Below are positions 48,001 through 53,915 of a stretch of 53,915 nucleotides of DNA, one piece after another (position 1 is the stretch's first letter; each line of letters starts with the position of its first letter). This DNA comes from Spirogloea muscicola (taxonomy: Eukaryota). The translations under genes and the position numbers were made by a program. The notes beneath the pieces are model-generated. The model was not told the DNA's origin, searched no databases, and saw nothing but the letters and a program-made list of their open reading frames with translations. The DNA lies in assembly GCA_009602725.1 (NCBI GenBank), contig WELB01000015.1, forward strand, positions 167,398 to 221,312, given 5' to 3'.

Positions 48001-51000
48001 CCTCCATAGGATCAGGTTCCCAGCTGCAGCAATCCAGGAATCTGAATCTGAATCTATCTGAGATAGCTAGATAAATCTACATCTAGTCAATCTTGATCAA
48101 GTTAATCCAATCTTGAGATTGGGTCAGACAGGACACACCACTGACAGATAATGACAGGCGTGGAAGGTCATGTGGTTAGCACAAGTTGTCACTAATGTCT
48201 ATCTGCAAATTGTAGAGATTCGAATGGCCTTACAGCATGTCTGCCTCAAGACTATCCACCACAGTGTCGCCTCTCGCAATGCTTGCATCATCGTGGTGGT
48301 TGCCCTGAGAATCTTCAGGAACCTTCCCCAGCTCTGCGTACAAGCTCACACCCCCGGATGTGCCGCCTCCTCCGGCATCTCCAGAATCGTCCGTCAGCAT
48401 TGACATTATGCACCTAACTGTGTCTCTGCGCAAAAGCAAAAGCTTCCAGATCATGCACAGACTATTTTTGAGCAGCAACTTGCGTGGCATTTGAGGATGA
48501 GCTCAGTGAGAGCAATAGGTACAAAGAGAAGGACTTGTAGGGTTTACTTTCTCCTCCTCAAGTAGCTCTTGATCGGATGTCCCACAGCCTCAAGAAGGAC
48601 GCCTGTCCTGTCCAAAGCTCTCAGGCTTCTTATGGTGGAGACGTAGTGGTGAAGGATGTCGGCCGTAGATGCGCCCGCTGTCAGCAGCCGATTCGCGATA
48701 GCTGCTCGGAAGGAGGACACCAGGTGAGACTGCCGCTCCATCTGCTGTAGACAGGTGCGAAGGTCTTCGATTGCGGGAAGGCTGCAAAAGAATATCAACA
48801 TGGTCAGGATGTTGTGCATGTTCCACTAGCTCAAGAATGTGACAAGAAGCAAAGAAGTAGGTAATGAGCAGGGAGAAGGAGATACAGGGCAGCTTGATCC
48901 ATACATTAGTTGACCTATCTAGTAGCCTCTACAAGTTGCAGGGAGAAAGTCAGGCTAAGGACAGTGTGAATAGCAAGCATTGACACAAAGTTGCACGAGG
49001 CAGGCTAATCAACGGTGGCATCTAAGGAGGCAAACCTGTGGGGATAGTCCACAATGATGTCAAAGAGTTCGGCAACTCGGAGGTCGCCGAGCGACTGGTA
49101 GATCATGTACGCGAACTGGACCTTCCACTCAGTCAGTGCCTTTGCCCTTGCTGCTTGGTCTGCTGCAGAGAAGCTCAGTAGAAGAGACTCACAGAGCTCC
49201 TCCTCCCTTGATGAGAGACCCAGGGAGAGCTGGGCATCAGGTGCCAGTGCAGAAGTTGGTGGCAGGATGATGGACAGATATCCGAGGAGCACCTCCTGGA
49301 GGGAACAGGGGTTGATCATCAGAGAAGACAGATCCGTAGCCCCTGCATCCTAAAATCCCTAAACCAAAGATCCATATACAAGCTTTTAACAATCCTGGGA
49401 CAGAATAGACGTGGAAATTGCCGATAGGACTTCAGTGTGTGGCAGAAGCGTCACTGTAAAGGCTAATGCAAAGTCAACGTCAACAAGCTGTCAAGCATGC
49501 CAGGTGGAAATGACTGCTAGCAGCAGAAGTTTCACTCAGAAACCACAACTGTGTGTTTGGAGGAATGGAGCTTGACTCACAGCAACCAATCTCCATATTG
49601 TCTGCAGAACATGCTGTTCGTAGGAGCCTGCCGCCACCATCTTGACATAGTGCTATGAGCACGGCAGCACGAAGGTATGGTGAGGAATGCCTGTGCCACA
49701 ATCAAGCTATATGATTGCATCGGCAACCCCAGCAAGGCAATCCAGCTCTGGGGCATGACAGATGCACTACAGGCATCATTGAAGTGGCTGACAGTATATG
49801 CTGGTCAAAGCTACGCCTTGATGCTGAGCGTTGATATGTAAGGAATGGAAGAGAGGAGAAGTGGTGCACTGACATTGAGCTGGTCGACGATGACCGAGCC
49901 TGATGCAGACTCGCTCAGAGAGGCCAAACCCAAAGCCCGCAGCCAATGAACAACCTGGCTCAGCTTGGAGACCCACAAGGGCCCCATCGTTGTGACCACT
50001 TTGTCAACTTTCTTCTGCAATGCTTGCATGTCAGACGTTCTCCGCAGCTCTTCCCCACCACCCTCTTGTGGTGCTACCTGCACCACTTCCATGGAGTCTC
50101 TCTCGTCCTCATTCGGCCTGGAGACATCTGTCACAATTTACCCAGGACGGCCAATCTTGAAAGAGGGGCTTCTCCAATAAGAGCATGACCTACTTTGATT
50201 CATGCTCCATGCCTTGCACCCTCATCCCAGACTGCATTTCAGTCGAAGTCCTGGCTCTTGACTTTTTTACTATCAGAAAACTACACATGACAAGTCCAAG
50301 ATGCTTCATCAGAACAATACCTATTTGAGGTACTCTACCATCGTTCTCTTCACATACAAAAATGCCTAAGACTTCAAAGTCTTTGGCATCTGGTATGGTT
50401 TCCTCTTGCTCACTATCTTCACACTCGTGCCCAGGCTGACGATCAACAGCTGAAAGCACGTGTTCGGCTCTTTCCTTGTCCATAGATTCATTAGCCAATG
50501 GGAGATCCGGTATAGTGCATGCAAGTCCCGTGTCAGCCATCCTCTCTTTGCTGCCGAAGGCATCTGGCGAGGCTTCATTGTCACTGCTGCCTTCCAACTC
50601 AGTGTCCATCGAGCTGCCCTTGAGCAGCATTCGCCTCTTCTGGACTGCCTTGTGAAGCTCCTGAAGCTGCGCCCTGAAGTATGCCTTCAAAACAGCTGTA
50701 CTTTCACAGCAAGAACCACCACACAAAGTCAATGTTGACAGTCACTCTCTTGGAACCATGATGTCAGGGGAGACAAAGCTGCGCGTGACCATAATTGGAG
50801 CAATGGTTGGGGCCGTTCTGCAGATCCCTGTTCGGAAATAAGCAGGTTCTGTTGGCAGGTTTGCTGACGATTGTGAACCTGAGAGGTGCGGTGGTGCACA
50901 ACGTAGCGCAGTAGCAGCAGCAGAGGTCTGGTATTGCCAAAGGAGGCCTTTGGGGTACAAGGCTAAGCTTCCCTCTCTGCTGCACTCTTGCCATTGATCG

Positions 51001-52530
51001 CCAAGCGTAAATTTGCTCAGCAGTGAGTCTAGCCTTGCAACGCGACGCTCCTGCGCAGTTCTCGCGGTGCAAATGACTCCCAGAGCTTCCACCAGACCTG
51101 CTTCTACAAGCTGATCGACCTGCAGAGCAGGAGCAATTGCAACAGTCAACCTTTGGATGTGTTTGTACAGGAGGAGGGCAACAGGGCTGGCATTTCACAG
51201 CTGGCGTGCTTCACGTATACAACCTATTCTGTGTTGTATCTTACTCTGGAGTAATAGTGCATAAGCTTAGAACTAGCATTGCGAGCTCTAGTGATTTAGA
51301 GCTTGAAGACCTTATAGGACCACCCAATACGAGTGGCATGGGTGTCACTGCATTGGCACGACTGTGGAGCAGTAGACCCCTGGTCAGATGTGCTGTTCAT
51401 TTGGCTCATCACCACAGCGCAGGGACCTCAGGCCTTACCTGTGCATCCGCCTGCTCGACGAGGCTTGCCAAGCTCTCCACAGAGCTCCAAAAGGGCTTCA
51501 TGTATTGCTCTTGGATCTCCTTCTGCCAGCCGCATGCTTTGTCAGCTACGAGCTATCTACACGGAGCTTAATTATTACAAGACCTCAGGAGTAAGTACTG
51601 GCACTGCATGTATACAGCACCGAACAAGATACCATATCGCTTTTGGATGAGTCACTCTTGTTCTCTAGGTCTAGTCATCATTGTCAAGGGCTGTGATCAG
51701 TCATGTGTTTCTAAAAGAGCCAATAGCACAGGCCACTTTGTTATCCTCGTCAACAGAAGCTCGACCAGGCTCATACAACTTGAGGCCCTGAGCTGCTCTT
51801 AACTAGCCTCTGCTTTTGGCAGTGCCCTTGGAAGATGGCAATTTCCGTTGATTAAGCTGTCCTATGGTGTTGACGCTTTTGCTTTGCAGAAGTGTCTGAG
51901 CAAGCTGACTCGCATGAACCATCAACCCAATTGACGGACTACCAGGCTCACTTTAGGTGTATAGAAGAGGCAGATCCAAAGTCAACCTGACTTCGGATCA
52001 CAAGGATGAGGGAAGTCCCCACGATATATTCAAGAGAACCAAGACTCAGGAAGTTATCGTTCTGAGCTTGTGTACCTGGAGCTCTCCTATGAAGTAGCTC
52101 GCGACCAAGGGGGCAAGGCCGTGCTGGCAAAGGACGCGCAGCTCCTCCGGGCGCGGGTGGTCGAGCCGCTGCCGGCGCAGGCAGTAACAGGAGGAGCGAG
52201 GCGGTCAGCTTGAGCTCACGAGGACGTGGGACCCAACAGGAGCCTCCACCGAGCAAGCTGGCTGAGCCGCGCTTGGTCCAATCCTGCCGAGCTCCGATCA
52301 CAGCACCCTGGCTCGCGGGAGGCCTGTCCTCTCGACAAGGCTTGTCAAGCACGCGGGCTTGCCGCTGATCGTGGCAGCGAGACAGTGGGCTGGGCAAGCG
52401 GCCGCCGCTCAGGCAGCTGGGGAGCGGGGGATCCGTCGTGCGCACCTTCACGAAGCCGGCCCACGCAGCCGTCACGGCTTCCGCCGCGGCAGCGTCCGGC
52501 GTGGCGCTCTCGCCACGACCCAGCCCACTG

Positions 52531-52564
<34 letters not shown>

Positions 52565-52580
52565 GTTCCGCGGCGCCCAT
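45074..52580 (-). CDS. APC2: anaphase-promoting complex subunit 2 (cullin-like), about 18 exons
   Basis: Exons 52580-52446, 52168-52076, 51522-51439, 51119-50879, 50695-~50339 (donor ambiguous), 50127-49874, 49652-49581, 49295-49036, 48781-48548, 48425-48234, 48023-47822, 47630-47106, 46985-46866, 46589-46501, 46185-46104, 45826-45635, 45425-45354, 45193-45074. LFDIIVDYP.S.PAIEDL, RLLTAGAST.DIL..YVSTI, WEPDPMEADP, GSKEVFVNE.R.MLADKLL, C-terminal WHB YIMGMLT..IDRIHNMLKMF. Confidence 0.95.
46231..46467. repeat. diverged tandem duplication (period about 130 bp) inside an APC2 intron
   Basis: 46231-46336 versus 46362-46467 share ctacaggagc, caggtccttgt.ctccactt, tagcccaa.act, taagcaca and agact.atgaggaccagc. 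Confidence 0.8.
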
Positions 52581-52904
52581 GGCGCGGGGGCCGTTGCTGA
52601 CGGCGTTTGCAACTGGAGCTTTCCATGTTGCATTTTGGCGCCTGCCTGGTGCGTCACCCTGACGGCAGCCGCCGCTGACGGCCACCCCGCCAATGCAAAG
52701 CCCCTGCAATGCGCCCGACAGAGGCGACCGTGGACCCCTAGACCCTCGTCGGCAGTTCGACGATTGGAAAGTCCATCCCCGTGCAGCTTCTATTTAGGAG
52801 TCCGTCGAGCCCCATAGCTGGGTGGTTAAAGCGCCATCCGGCCCTTGGGATCAAACAGGGGATATTCGAGCACCCAGTTGAGCACCCAGTGGCCACGTGA
52901 GTCG

Positions 52905-53915
52905 CCGTGCGCTTTAAAGCTTTTCTGGCCCCTTTTGTTCATTCTTTTCTCGTGGGCTGGTTTAGTCACAGCCATGGCCCTACATTGGATAAGTCTTTCT
53001 CCGCTGTTTGGACCTTGTCCATTCTTTTTGGAAGAAAGGGCTCGCCCATTGAGGATAGGGGCTGGACAAGCCAGCCCAAAAAAGAATGAAAAAAGAACGA
53101 GAAGGGGGCCAGAGGAAGCCAGAGGAAGCGCTAAGAAACCAAAGCACACAAAGAAAGAAAGCAGCTACAAATCACTCAGTAACCCCTGCTAAGCAGCCGC
53201 AAATCAGAGAGGCTAGGGTCCTGGAAGTGGGTCCCCTGGACAGAGCCAGAGGCAGCAGCGAGGGCTCTTTTTGGGCTGCTCTCACAGCCCCCGCCCCCCT
53301 TGCAGGAGCTCACATTCTCAGCAGCCGCATTCTTTTCACAGCCGCCGCCCTTTTTGAAAGAAGAAAGTGCTCGCCCACTGAGAATAGGGGCTGGAACAAC
53401 CAGCCCGAAAGAGAATGAACAGAGTACGAGAAGGGGGCCAGGGGAAGCGCTAAGAAACAGAAACAAAGCAGCTACGAGACACTCAGTAACCCCTGCTAAG
53501 CAGCCGCAGATCAGAGATGCTGGGCTCCTGGAAGTGGGTCCCCTGGCCAGAGCCAGAGGCAGCAGCGAGGGCTCTGCCGGCACGAAGATGCAGCGCCCGG
53601 GCCATGGACCTCTGCAGCGAGACGGCCAGGCGCATTCGATACACTTGCGCCAGCGACCCGGCTGCAGGGAAGTCAACCGGCTCCCCATGGAAGCGCCGGG
53701 CGATGGTGTGGCGGGCGAGCTGGGTGAGCAGCTCGAGCCACCGAGCGCCCAGCGCCCCATGTGTGTCGATGGCCAACGGGAAGAACTCGTCATCCCGCGG
53801 ATGATCCGCGTACTTCAGCTCTTTGGCCCGAGCAGCGCAGGCGACCGCATACCCAGCCGTGGTGGCACATTTAGCTGGGTGTGAGCGGTCATAGGCATCA
53901 GTAGTCACCACGTCC
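52905..53915. mobile_element. third CRE-like cluster: + UTR scraps 52905-53028, family B (-) 53030-53268, + UTR scraps 53269-53356, family B (-) 53358->53915
   Basis: ORF 53911-53483 AGYAVA..AKELKYADHP..FFPLAIDTHGALG.RW..RMRLAVSLQRS..LLSRGY*. 53030-53268 is almost identical to 19757-19995. Confidence 0.85.

Overview
Eukaryotic, intron-rich nuclear DNA from a green plant. The proteins are plant-type and the 5' ends are very GC/(GGC)n-rich, which suggests a streptophyte alga; that is an inference. I reconstructed eight spliced genes by eye: eIF2B alpha (+), EngB/YsxC GTPase (+, 5' end in a gap), RAPTOR (+, about 26 exons), KAB1 K+ channel beta subunit/aldo-keto reductase (+), an unidentified low-complexity gene (-), mitochondrial PDH E1 alpha (+, 5' end in a gap), mitochondrial intermediate peptidase OCT1/MIP (+) and APC2 (-). 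The intergenic DNA is the unusual part. Three clusters (about 18.6-24.3 kb, 29.7-33.65 kb and 52.9-53.9 kb) plus smaller scraps consist largely of 5'-truncated 3' ends of many divergent CRE-like (restriction-like endonuclease) non-LTR retrotransposons. These are joined head-to-tail and in inverted pairs, share a C-terminal (L/V)L(T/S)RGY* peptide and often a 3' hairpin, and mostly sit just upstream of gene starts. Also present are a roughly 1 kb-arm Copia foldback, a decayed L1-like remnant, degenerate telomere-like repeats, a (GGTCCCA)n array, two GC-AG introns and four assembly gaps. All homologies are from recognition by eye; no searches were run.
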